A stretch of 64,000 nt of DNA, from positions 79,176,001 through 79,240,000 of the forward strand of contig CM059432.1 in NCBI GenBank assembly GCA_030390025.1. The letters run 5' to 3'. Source of the DNA: Squalus acanthias. Taxonomy: Eukaryota. The translations under genes and the position numbers were made by a program. Of the stretch, positions 22,638 through 60,309 are shown in pieces. Within the stretch, counting starts at the first letter, position 1; each line of letters opens with the position of its first letter. The notes beneath the pieces are model-generated. The model did not search any database and was not told the DNA's origin. It worked only from the letters and a program-made list of their open reading frames with translations.

Positions 22638-25369
22638 ACATAAGAACATAAGAAGTAGGAGCAGGAGTAGGCCATATGGCCCCTTGGGCCTGCTCCGCCA
22701 TTCAATAGGATCATGGCTGATCCGAACCTAGACTCACGTCCACTTCCCTGCCCGCTCCCCATAACCCTTAATTCCCTTATCAGCTAGGAAACTGTCTATC
22801 TCCGTTTTAAATTTATTTAATGTCGCAGCTTCCACAGCTCTCTGAGGTAGCAAATTCCATAGATTTACTACCCTCTGAGTGAAGAAGTTTCTCCTCATCT
22901 CAGTTTTGAAACGGCAGCCCCTTATTCTAAGATTATGCCCCCTAGTTCTAGTCTCACCCATCAGTGGAAACATCCTCCCCGCTTCCACCCGATCAAGCCC
23001 CCTCACAATCTTCTATGTTTCGATAAGATCGCCTCTCATTCTTCTGAATTCCAATGAGTAGAGGCCCAACCTACTCAACCTTTTCTCATAAGTCAACCCC
23101 CTCATCTCCGGAATCAACTGAGTGAACCTTCTCTGAACTGCCTCGAGAGCAAGTATATCTTTTCTTAAATATGGAAACCAAAACTGTACGCAGTATTCCA
23201 GGTGTGGCCTCACCAGTACCTTGTATAACTGAAGCAAGACTTCCCTGCTTTTATACTCCATCCCCCTTGCAATAAAAGCCAAGATTCCATTGGCCTTTCT
23301 GATCACCTGCTGTACCTGCATACTAACCTTCTGTGTTTCATGCACCAGGACCCCCAGATCCCTTTGTACTGTAGCACTTTGCAGTTTCTTTCCATTTAGA
23401 TAATAACTTGCTCTTTGATTTTTTCTGCCAAAGTGCATAACCTCACACTTTCCAACATTATATTCCATCTGCCAAATTTCCGCCCACTCACTTAGCCTGT
23501 CTATGTCCTTTTGCAGGTTTTTTATGTCCTCCTCACTCACTGCTTTTCCTCCCATCTTTGTATCGTCAGCAAACTTGGATACGTTGCACTTGGTCCCCTC
23601 CTCCAAATTGTTAATATAGATTGTAAAGAGTTGGGGTCCCAGCACTGACCCTTGCGGAACACCACTAGTTCCTGATTGCCAACCCAAGAATGAACCATTT
23701 ATCCCAACTCTCTGTTTTCTGTTAGATAGCCAATCTTCCACCCATGCCAGTATATTACCCCCAATCCCGTGATTTTTTATCTTGTGCTGTAATCTTTTGT
23801 GTGGCAGCATTATCAAATGCCTTTTGGAAGTCCAAATACACCACATCCACTGGTTCCCCTTTATCCACCCTGTTTGTTACGTCCTCAAAGAATTCGAGCA
23901 AATTTGTCAAGCATGATTTCCCCTTCATAAAACCATGCTGACTCTGTCCGATTAAATTATGCTTATCCAAATGTCCTGTTACTGCTTCCTTAATAATGGA
24001 CTCCAACATTTTACCAACCACAGATGTTAGGCTAACTGGTCTATAGTTTCCAGCCTTTTGTCTACCTCCCTTTTTAAATAAGGGCGTTACATTAGCAGTT
24101 TTCCAATCTGCTGGGACCTTTCCCGAATCCAGGGAGTTTTGGAAAATTACCACCAATGCATCCGCAATCCCTACTGCTGCTTCTCTCGACCCTAGGATGT
24201 AAGCCATCAGGTCCAGGGGATTTATCCGCTTTAAGTCCCATTATCTTACCGAGTACCATCTCCTTAGTGATTTTAATCGTGTTTAGCTCCTCCCCCCCCC
24301 CTATAGCCCCCCCGTTTGTCCAGTGTTGGGATATTTTTAGTAATCCTCTACTGTAAAGACTGATGCAAAATATTTGTTCAGCGTATTTGCCATCTCCGTG
24401 TTACCCACTACTAATTTCCCGGTCTCGTCCTCTAAGGGACCAACATTCACTTTAGCCACCCTTTTTCTTTTTATATAACTGTAGAAACTCTTGCTATCTG
24501 TTTTTATATTTTTTGCTAGTTTACTTTCATAATCTATCTTCCCCTTCTTAATTAATCTTTTAGTTATTCTTTGCTGGCTTTTAAATGCTTCCCAATCTTC
24601 TATCCTCCCACTAGATTTGGCTACTTTATATGCCCTTGTTTTCAGTCGGATACTATCCTTTATTACTTTACTTAGCCACGGATGGCTGTCTTTTCTTTTA
24701 CGCCCCTTTTTCCTCAGTGGAATATATTTTTCTTGAAAGTTGTGAAATACCTCCTTGAATGTACACCACTGCTCCTGTACCGTCTTACACCTTAATCTAT
24801 TTTCCCAGTCCACTTTAGTCAACTCTGCTCTCAAACCTTCATAGTCTCCTTTATTTAAGCTTAGTACGCTGGTTTGAGATCCAACTCTCTCACCCTCCAA
24901 CTGAATTTGGAATTCAACCATGTTATGGTCATTCATTCCAAGGGGATCCTTTACTAGGACATTTTTTATTAATCCTGTCTCATTACACAGGACCAGATCT
25001 AAGATTGCCTGCCCCCTGGTCGGTTCAGTAACATACTGCTCAAGGAACCCGTCCCTAATGCACTCTATGAACTCTTCCTCAAGGCTGCCCTGCCCAATTT
25101 GATTTGTCCAGTCAATATGAAAGTTAAAATCTCCCATGATTATAGCTGTTCCCTTATTACAAGCCCCAACTATTTCCTGATTTATACTCCGACCAAGAGT
25201 TACAACTGTTAGGAGGCCTATAGACTGCGCACACTAGTGACTTTTTCCCCTTATTATTCCTTATCTCCACCCAAACTGTTTCACTATCCTGATCCTTTGA
25301 CCCAATATCATTTCTCACTATTGCAGTGATTCCATCCTTTAGCCACCCCACCTCCCTTTCCTTCCTGTC
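22638..25369 (-). mobile_element. 5'-truncated CR1 LINE (partial APE + RT, frameshifted)
   Basis: GDFN, NDH, YRPVSLTS, PQGSVLGP, FADD; (ttcttatg)n tail; TGA present at both junctions. Confidence 0.93.
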
Positions 25370-25679
25370 TGATTACAGTTAATCTTTCTAACTGCCCTTT
25401 ATCACACCTCGGCAGAGAGATAATCACGGCAATCAAAGGTGTGGATGGTGTCCAAACAGGTCAGTCAGGAAAACATTACATCAAAGACAATGAGGTGGGT
25501 TAACAAGGGGTCAAATATGGCAGATGCTGGTGTCTGTATGGAAAACAAAAAACTTTTTTTGCTGGAAATCACAGCAGGTCCGGCTGCATCTGTGTAGAGA
25601 GAACAAGCCAACGACGACTCGAGTCTGGATGACTCTACGTCAGGTGGGGTTACATGTAGCGTGATCAATATACAGTAGT

Positions 25680-28600
25680 CGTTGGGCCAAAGGATTTTAA
25701 GTGGCCAACTAGTTCTTATTAGCTGCCGTTATTAGAACAGGGACCAACATCCTTGCGGGGAGGTTTGCTAGTGCTGTTGGGGGGGGTTTAAACTAACTTG
25801 GCAGGGGGATGGGATACGGAGTGGAGCTATAATAGGGGGTGATGCACAGCCAAATATAGAGGAAAAAACAAGTCAGCCTGGAAGGCAGAGCAAATATGTA
25901 ACGGCACAAGGGAGTATGGCAAGGCTGGATGGCATTTATTTTAATGCAAGGAGTCTTGCGAGTAAGGCTATGAATTGAAGGTGTTGATGAACACATGGGA
26001 GTATGATATTGTTGCTATCACAGAGACATGGTTGAGGGAGGGGCAGGACTGGCAGCTTAATATTCCGGGGTATAGAATCTTCAGGCGAGACAGAGGGGGG
26101 TGTAAAAGAGGAAGGGGTGTCGCAATATTAATCAAGGAGTCAAATACTGCTGTAAGGAGGGATGATATCTTGGCAGGTTCCTCTAATGAGGCCATATGGG
26201 TAGAACTTAAAAACAAAAAGGGGGCAAGCACTTTGCTGGGAGTGTACTATAGGCCCCCAAACAGTCAGGGGGAGATAGAGGAACAGATATGTAGGCAAAT
26301 CTCAGAGAAGTGTAGAAATAATAGGGTAATAATAGTAGGGGAGTTCAACTTCCCCCATATTAACTGGGATAGTCAGAGTGTGAAAGACTTAGAGGGTGTG
26401 GAATTCTTAAAGTGCATCCAGGAGAGCTTTTTGAGCCAGCATGTAGAAAGTCCTACAAGAGAGGGGGCGGTACGGGACCTAATTCTAGGGAATGTAGCTG
26501 GGCAAGTGGTAGAAGTGTCAGTCGGAGAGCATTTTGGTGAAAGTGACCATAATTCGGTGAGATTTAAGGTAGTCATGGAAAAGGACAAAGATGGAACGGA
26601 AATAAAGGTTCTAAATTGGGGGAAGGCCGATTTTAATATGATAAGGCAGGATCTGGCCAAAGTGGACTGGGATCAGCTACTTGTAGGAAAATCCACATCA
26701 GAGCAGTGGGAGTCTTTCAGAAAGGAAATAGAGAGAGTACAATGCCAACATGTTCCCGTAATGGTCAAGGGTGGGACCAACAAGTCCAGGGAACCCTGGA
26801 TGTCAAGGGATATACAAGAATGGATTAGGGGAAAAAAGGGAAGCTTTTGGCAGATACAAAGGACTAAAAACAGTGGAAGCCCTAGAGGAGTATAGAAAGT
26901 GCAGGGGGGTACTTAAAAAAGAAATTAGGAGAGCGAAGAGGGGGCATGAAAAAACACTGGCGGGCAAAATAAAGGAAAATCCCAAGGTGTCTTATAAGTA
27001 TATTAGGGCAAGAGGATATCTAGGGAAAGAGTAGGGCCCATTAGGGACCAAAGTGGCAATCTGTGTAGAGCCGGAAGATGTAGGTGAGGTTTTAAATGAA
27101 TATTTTGCATCTGTGTTCACTATGGAGAAGGACGATGTAGGCATAGAAATCAGGCAGGGGGATTGTGATATACTTGAACAAATTAGTATTGAGAGAGAGG
27201 AGGTACTAGCGGTTTTAGCGGGCTTAAAAGTGGATAAATCCCCAGGCCCTGACGGGATGTATCCCAGGCTGCTGTGTGAGGCAAGGGAGGAGATTGCAGG
27301 GGCTCTGACACAAATTTTCAGAACCTCTCTGGCCACAGGGGAGGTCCAGAGGACTGGAGAACAGCTAACGTAGTACCATTGTTCAAGAAGCGTAGTAGGG
27401 ATAAACCAGGGCATTACAGGCCAGTGAGCCTAACATCAGTGGTAGGGAAATTATTGGAAAAAATTCTGAGGGACAGAATTAGTCTCCACTTGGAGAGGCA
27501 GGGATTAATCAAGGATAGTCAGCATGGCTTTGTCAGGGGGAGATCATGTCTGACCAATTTGATTGATTGAATTTTTTGAGGGGGTGGCTAGGTGTGTGGA
27601 TGAGGGTAGTGCGGTTGATGTAGTCTACATGGACTTCAGTAAGGCTTTTGACAAAGTCCCACATGGGAGGCTAGTCAAGAAGGTAAGAGCCCATGGGATC
27701 CAGGGCAATTTGGCACATTGGATCCAAAATTGGCTTAGTGGCAGGAGGCAGAGGGTGATGGTCGAAGGTTGTTTTTGTGACTGGAAGCCTGTGTCCAGTG
27801 GTGTACCGCAGGGATACGGTGCTGGGTCCTTTGCTGTTTGTAGTGTACATTAATGATTGAGATATGAATGTAGGGTAGGAGGTATGATCAGTAAGTTCGC
27901 AGATGACACGAAAATTAGTGGAGTGGTAAATAGCGAGGAGGGAAGCCTCCGGCTACAGGACGATATAGACGGGATGGTTAGATGGGCAGAACAGTGGCAA
28001 ATGGAATTTAACCCTGAAAAGTGTGTGATGATGCATTTTGGGAGGACTAACAAGGCAAGGGAATACACAATGAATGGTAGGACCCTAGGAAGGACAGAGG
28101 ATCAGAGGGACTTTGGTGTGCATGTACATAGATCCCTGAAGGCAGCAGGACAGGTAGATAAGGTGGTTAAAAAGGCATATGGGATACTTGCCTTCATTAG
28201 CCGAGGCATAGAATATAAGAGCAGGGAGGTTATGATGGAGCTGTACAAAATGCTAGTTAGGCCACAGCTGGAATACTGTGTGCAGTTCTGGTCGCCACAC
28301 TACAGGAGGGATGTGATTGTATTGGAGAGGGTGCAGAGGAGATTCACCAGGATGTTATCTGGGCTGGAGCGCTTCAGCTATGAAGAGAGACTGGACAGGC
28401 TGGGGTTGTCTTCCTTAGAGCAGAGAAGGCGGAGGGGGGACCTGATTGAGGTGTACAAAATTATGAGGGGCATAGATAGGGTAGATAGAAAGGAACTTTT
28501 CCCCTTAGTAGAGGGGTCAATAACCAGGGGCATAGTTTCAAGGTAAGGGGCAGGAGGTTTAGAGGGGATTTGAGGAAAAACTTTTTCACCCAGAGGGTGG

Positions 28601-28815
28601 TTGGAATCTGGAACTCACTGCCTGAAAGGGTGGTAGAGGCAGGAACCCTCACAACATTCAAGAAGCATTTAGATGAGCACTTGAAACGCCATAGCATACA
28701 AGGCTACGGACCAAGTGCTGGAAAATGGGATTAGAATAGACAGGACTTGATGGTCGGCGCAGACACGATGGGCCAAAGGGCCTCTTTCTGTGCTGTATAA
28801 CTCTTATGACTCTAT
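25680..28815 (+). mobile_element. CR1 LINE, end of ORF1 plus whole but frameshifted ORF2
   Basis: FNARS, ITETW, SDH, YRPVSLTS, DFSKAFDKV, FADD, FFTQRVV. Confidence 0.93.
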
Positions 28816-30619
28816 TAGAAGTGGGAAGAAGGGCTGTTTGCTTCCAGCAAGGAGGGAAAAAGAAGAGGGGTTCCAACCGAACTGGGCATGGTGGGGGAAC
28901 TACAGTGAGACAATGGGGAGGGCTGTATCTGCACCCAAGCAGGCAAGCTGCCTGAGTAGCACAAACCTGTTCTTTTTAATGACAGAGAAATGCTGTTTTT
29001 CTAAAAATTTGAATCTCCTACAGTACAACAGTGACTACACTTCTAAAGTACTTCATTGTCCTGAGGTCGTGAAAGGTGCTATTTAAATACAAGTTCTTTC
29101 GGTATATCAAGATGTATTTTTTCTGTATTGATTGGGACAATGACAAAAGAACTGCAGGCAACTATAAACAGATTAGACATCTTACACACTTGACCCAAAC
29201 TGTTCCTGAATTTGCAGAAAGACTTGGAGAAATAGTTTTGTATGCAGAATGCAAGCTAGCTTGGACCCTCCAAGTGCCACTCAATTAGGAGTAATACTCA
29301 CTGATTTTTGGTTTTAAAATGTCGCCTATTTTGATTTACTTTTTAAAAAAAATATAGACAAAGTGCCAGAGAGCTTTTTTTAACCTGTAAGTGGTATTTC
29401 CAAAATTTCCTTGATGTTGGCACTGCTGATGGTGTAAGGCCAGTTCTGACAACCTTGGCTTTGGTAATGCTAAAATCATGCATAGAATGTGTTTTTTCTT
29501 ATGCAGACCGCAACCCCCCCCCCCCCCACCCTGCTCCTGTGTCAACATGTAGTCATGGTATCTGCTAAGGGTATGCAGTTACATAACCATACAGGATTAA
29601 TTGTAGCCTGGAAAATGACATTTTCCCTCTGGCTATGTTGGCTCTAGAAAAGGGGAGGAAAATTGGAAACAAAAATGTTTAATGTCTTAAGCGTCTTCTC
29701 CGTGAGCATAGCACCTTGATGATTCATAATGAACGATTTAGCTGTTGCCTTAACACATCACACAATAAGAAACTGCTTGGCTAACTGTTACACAATAATT
29801 CCACGCGTTTGGCTTAAATTAATCTAAAATTGAGAACATTCTCAAATAAATATTATAAGTTGGTGCTATAGATAATTTGATGGCACAGTAGGATACCTAG
29901 TATTTAATGCCTCCATTGGCTCAGACTGATGAGATGAAAGAGTGCTCTCTCTGCTGCCTGTAACGGTATTATGTAAAATCACTTTGGGTTGTCTGCACTG
30001 TTCATACAAACTCAAAGCACAAAAGTGCATACAGATTGTACACAGTCTCACTCAGACCTCAAAGGGCCCTGTAAGAACTGCAAATTGTCTTAACAATGCA
30101 TCTCCATCCCAACTGCAGCAGAATAGGAGAAACTATCAGTTACTTGTGATAATCACTAGATCGAGGCACCCTTAATTCATTGAGTATCGAAAGTTGGAAA
30201 AATTTTCATTCACAGCATTACCATCTCTTACATTGTAGAAGCACACAATAGTTCATCAAAAATAAATGACATGAGCCTGGTTACTTTTGTTTTCCCTGGT
30301 AAGGATATGAAGTTCTTCTATTTTGTCTTCTGGTTCCTAGCTTTTCCAGGCCGTGCATTTGCTGTAGTTGAGATTGCAGCCTGGCCTCCTCCAATTCCTT
30401 TTAAACAAGAAGCTGGCAAATGTATATGAGCATCTTCAAAAGCAGCTGGCTTCTGTGAACAACTATCTGCATCATGCAGCCGAGAACAGAAACTCAGTGG
30501 CATAGGGGATCTGAACCTCACTGCTGTTGCTTACAGGGTTGATGATACTTGCTTGACACATTTGATATCCGTTTTAAGAAGTGCATATTGATGGTACATT
30601 TCTGACATTTCTTGGTTAG

Positions 30620-31110
30620 GATCATAGAAATTGCAGCTCACAAAGAGACAATTTAGATCCATCATGCCTGTCCTGGTGCTAGCTCTTTTGCTGGAACCAT
30701 CTACCCTCAACTTATTTCCTTGTTGTTTCCCTATATCCTTTACTCCAGATTATTAGTCCAGGCCTCTGGATTACTAGTCCAGTAACATAAACCACTATGC
30801 TACCGTTCCCTTATATGGTGACCAGAACAGCATATCCTCCAGATGGAGACGAACCAATGCTCTGTATAGGTTCTGTATCACATTCTGTGATTTATGTTTA
30901 TTTCCATGTGCTGTATAACCCAAGATCCTATTTGCCTTATTTACTGGCGCCACATACTGCAGATAGTTTCATCGTTCTGCCCGCCAATACCCCCACAGGT
31001 GACTACCCATTTAGTTTATAGTCCCATGTTTATTCTTCCATAATCCCATCACTTAACACTCGTTGACATTGAATTTCAATTGCTGTTTCTCAGCCCAACT
31101 TTCCAATCTA
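30620..31110 (-). mobile_element. Highly degraded CR1 3' remnant with SINE head insertion
   Basis: CR1-like 3'UTR and ORF2 remnants; tRNA-SINE head at ~30745-30810. Confidence 0.5.
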
Positions 31111-33703
31111 TCTAGATCCCTCTGCATCTGATCAGCCCGCTCCTGATTCCTTAAGGTTTTCTGCCAGAACGTAACCAATTATCTCCTTATTTTCCAGAAA
31201 GTCAACCATCCCTTCCAGGCAAGAGTCAGCAGCTTCTTCCATGAACACTGATGCAAATAAGTTGTTCAGGATATCTGGCCATTTCCTGGTTGCCCAATGC
31301 CATCTCCCTATTAGTCTTTCAAAGGCCCTACTCTTATTTGCTCCAGATGTACTTGTTTTCTTTTATATTTTATTTTTATTTTTTTAAATGTTACCTAGTC
31401 TCGTTATAAATTTTTGCCCGTTTTATTTTGTTCTTTAACAGTCTTCACCCTATTTTATATTTTAGTTTGTCTACCACTGAACCTGAGGACTATATTTTGA
31501 CCCCATATTCTTCCATCACGAAGACCGTCTACTTCCACTCTTGTAAAAACGCTCACCTCTGCCCCTGTCTCCGCCCATATGCTGCTTAAATCATCCATGC
31601 CATAGTCACTTCCAAACTGGCCTATTCCAAAGCTCTCATAGTCAGTCAACCATCCTCCACCCTCCATAAATTTAAGATCATCCAAAATTCTGCTGCCTGT
31701 AACCTATTGTGCACCCGGTCCCACTCACCCATCACCCCTGTGCTTGTTGACCTACATTAGCTCCTGGTCCCCTAACACCTGACATTTAAAATGATCATCC
31801 CTGTGTTTAAACCACTTCATGGCCTCACACTCCTCCACCACCCCCCCCCCGCCCCAGTCTCTGTAAACTTCCTATAGCCCTCCGAAAATTCTGCATTCCT
31901 CAAACTCTGGTCTCTTCTGTGTCCCCCTTTCCTTTGCCCCACCATTGGTGGCTGTTCTTTCAGCCATCTAAGTCCTGTGCTCTGGAGTTTACTTCCTAAA
32001 TCTCTCCCCTCCAGCTCCCTCTCCTCCTTCAGCGCCTCCTTAAAACCCTCCTCTTTGACTAAGCTTTTAGTGACTCTTCCCAATAGCTCCTTTTTTGGCT
32101 TGGCATCCATTTTTGTCTGATTATGTCTCTGTGAAGCACCTTGGGGCATGTTTCTACATTAAGGCACTGTCTAAATTTGTTGTTGTATATTTGTCATTAT
32201 TCCTTCTGTTGCGTCCCTTGTTGCCCCCATAGGTTTCCTTTTATTCCTTATTGTTTATTAACCATTGGTATAAGTTGCCTTTGTAATCCCTGCACTCCAC
32301 TTCTCCTCCAAGCTTCTGTCGTTCTAACCTTCAATTCCAGTGTATCTTCATTAACTGCTTCCTCATTTTACTCAAAGTTCATCTTTCTAAAACTGAGTCT
32401 CTGACACCAAACTCAATTATATTATGGGCACTACTTCCAAGATACTCCCTTATCATAACTTGTTTAACTATCTCTGGTTTGTTATGCAAAACCAGATCCA
32501 GAGTCGCCTCACCTATTATTTTTCACCTGTGCCACCTAACTTAGTGTAGTCAGCAAACTTGCATATACAGCTCTCTATTCCTTCATCTACATCATTGATA
32601 AATATAGTGAAAAGCTGAGGCCCCCGTACAGATCCCTGGGGGACAGCACTAAGTCATATTATTTTCTTTATATTCTGATTGCTCCATTTTTCTTGATTTG
32701 CATGTTTTTTGTAATCATTTAATGGTGTTACAATTTGGGCTTTCTCCAATTCTCCTGTCATCCCCATGGCAGAAGACTGCTTCTGTAGGCCTGCTATGAT
32801 CCAAAAATTATAACCTTATGCATGGTGAATATGTGCCACAAAATTAACTGCCCTTTTTCCAAGTTGTTTCATGTTGGTTGCCAATTTGCTTTAGTCCTCT
32901 TCGATATGTGGAAAAACACCATAATGCTGGACCTCATGTTTCAGGCAAACCTACCAGCCAATAATTGTTGCAAACAAAAATTTATACAGAAGCAAGCAAA
33001 ATTAGATGAACGATAGCACAGTACCTAATTTATACCGATGCTTTAAACCATTTTCTAAAACCAAAATAACGAAAGCAGTTGAATTCTGGTCCTATTCAGA
33101 GTCTTTAAACTGAGTCTGTTGATTGTATGTGAAGTGCGCCTTTGCCACCACAGAGGTCTAGCTTGCTGCATGATATGATAATACAGTTATACTGAATGAA
33201 CTCAAAAACTTGGACTGTCTAGATAAGCCCCTATTTCCTTTAAAGTGAAGGTTGTGTTCCTTGAAAAACACCGTTCTGCACTATTAAAGTAAGCTTTTCA
33301 TGTCCCAAGTATTGATCTTAAAACAACTAACACTTTCACAGCAGAATATTACAGGTAATGACTCAGTCTCCAACTCAGTGTCTGAAATATCAGTCAAACC
33401 ATTTTAACCTGATAGGGTGATGCAGCAAACAAAGGTGGGCTGTCCTCTCTATGAATCTCCTTTTCCACTCCAGACAATAGGTATGGATTACACACACCCA
33501 GGCCCTCATGTCAGGATGAAGGAAATTGTTTAAAAGCAGCAAACATAACTCCACTTAAAAACGAAAAATGAAGCCTAGTGCATTGATCTAGCTACAGTTT
33601 TACATAAACATATATAAAATGTTTTATTACCTGACACAGCATGAAACCAGGTTTGCCACAATTGGTATAATCCAAATAAGATAATTTGTTCTTTTCAGGT
33701 GTC

Positions 33704-33751
33704 ATGATGGATGTACGGGTCTGTGCACATGAGTTACTGAATTTGGATTAA
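33704..33751 (+). promoter_or_regulatory. Upstream ORFs in the SGK3 5'UTR (MMDVRVCAHELLNLD* and overlapping MYGSVHMSY* at 33711-33740)
   Basis: Four ATGs between the acceptor at 33699 and the main ATG at 33828. Confidence 0.55.
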
Positions 33752-33827
33752 CGCCCATAATAATTCAAGTTTCGGCATTTCTTCTATTTTGGAACTAGTA
33801 TTTGCAACTGTTTGACGCGGAACAAAA

Positions 33828-59012
<25,185 letters not shown>

Positions 59013-59479
59013 TAAAGACATTTTTATACTGTTTGGCAAATAAGTTTAGCACTGTTTCACTGTACTTACTGATATTTGCTACATGAAAAATATTATTTTG
59101 CAATGCAGGTTAAATATATTAGTTATAAAGAATGGCCATACAGAATGCTCGATTCACTCATTCATCCACAGTCAGTTAGGCTGTTAGCAAATTCTGGTAG
59201 CTGCCATGGGAACACAGGACAGTAGGGCAGGAAAAGCTGAAACAGTAGCACCAAACCCACCTCAGGATTATACTTCCCATCTAATCAAAGAGTAGGATTG
59301 ACGTTGGATCTGGCGCAACCAGAACCCAGGAGAAAAGTAAGAGGAGAGACAGTAACACAAGTGAGGGAGAAGGGAAACATAAGCGAAGGAGTGAAATTGT
59401 GAGCAGGGTATACTTGGAATGTGAGGTTACCGTTAGGAAGAAAGGCTAAAAATTGGGGCTGAAGGGGAATCTAATAGAC

Positions 59480-60020
59480 GCATACACTTTTTAATTTCCT
59501 TGGGTTGATCTCTGCTCTGCTGCTCAACAACCCCTTCAAGTGGTAATCCTGAGTCTATGCCCCCTGTTAACCAATTCATCAACCAATGGAAGCAATACTT
59601 TCACTATTTATATTCTCAAAAACTTCTTCATTTTGTACACCATTGTTAGATACTCCCTTTAGTACCATGTTTAGAGCCTTTCTTGACTATAACGTCACAT
59701 TCCTAGTATCAATCTAGTGAATCTTTGCTGCATCCTTTCCATGCATCCAAATACCCAATGGAGTGACCAGAACTGCACACATACTTAATCTATGATCTAA
59801 CCAACATCTTGCACAAATTCAACATCACTTCCTTGCTTATATATTCAATGCCCTAAGTAACCAAAACATGGAAACTCATTTGACTTTTTAACAGCCTTTT
59901 CTACTTGCATTCCACCTTTTAAAGATCTATGTGTCAGCACCCATAGATCTCTCTGTTCCCCCACTCTGTTAAGATCCTTACAATTTAGGGTACACTTTCT
60001 TTCAGTGTTCATTTCCCAAA
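59480..60020 (-). mobile_element. Degraded CR1 3' fragment
   Basis: gagtgaccagaactgcacac and aacatcacttccttgctt resemble CR1 ORF2 3' sequence. Confidence 0.65.
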
Positions 60021-60113
60021 ATGTAATAGTTCACATTGTTAATTGTATTCAAGTGATGTACAGCAATTGGGTGTTAATTGTATTCAGGTGGTGGGAATTA
60101 ATTGGGGACTCTC

Positions 60114-60124
60114 GTGTGTGTGTA

Positions 60125-60195
<71 letters not shown>

Positions 60196-60235
60196 ATCTA
60201 TATCTATATCTATATATATATCTATATCTATATCT
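60114..60235. repeat. Compound microsatellite (TG)n(TA)n(TCTA)n(TCTATA)n
   Basis: Directly visible. Confidence 0.97.
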
Positions 60236-60309
60236 TGGGGGTGCACAGTATGTAATATGTGTCTTTGTAAATAAAGGCTTCTAAGGACTTGACTTTAGTA
60301 CTCCTACTG

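Noticed and set aside
60005..60284. Three overlapping ORFs rich in Y/I/L/S
   Set aside because: Translation of a microsatellite
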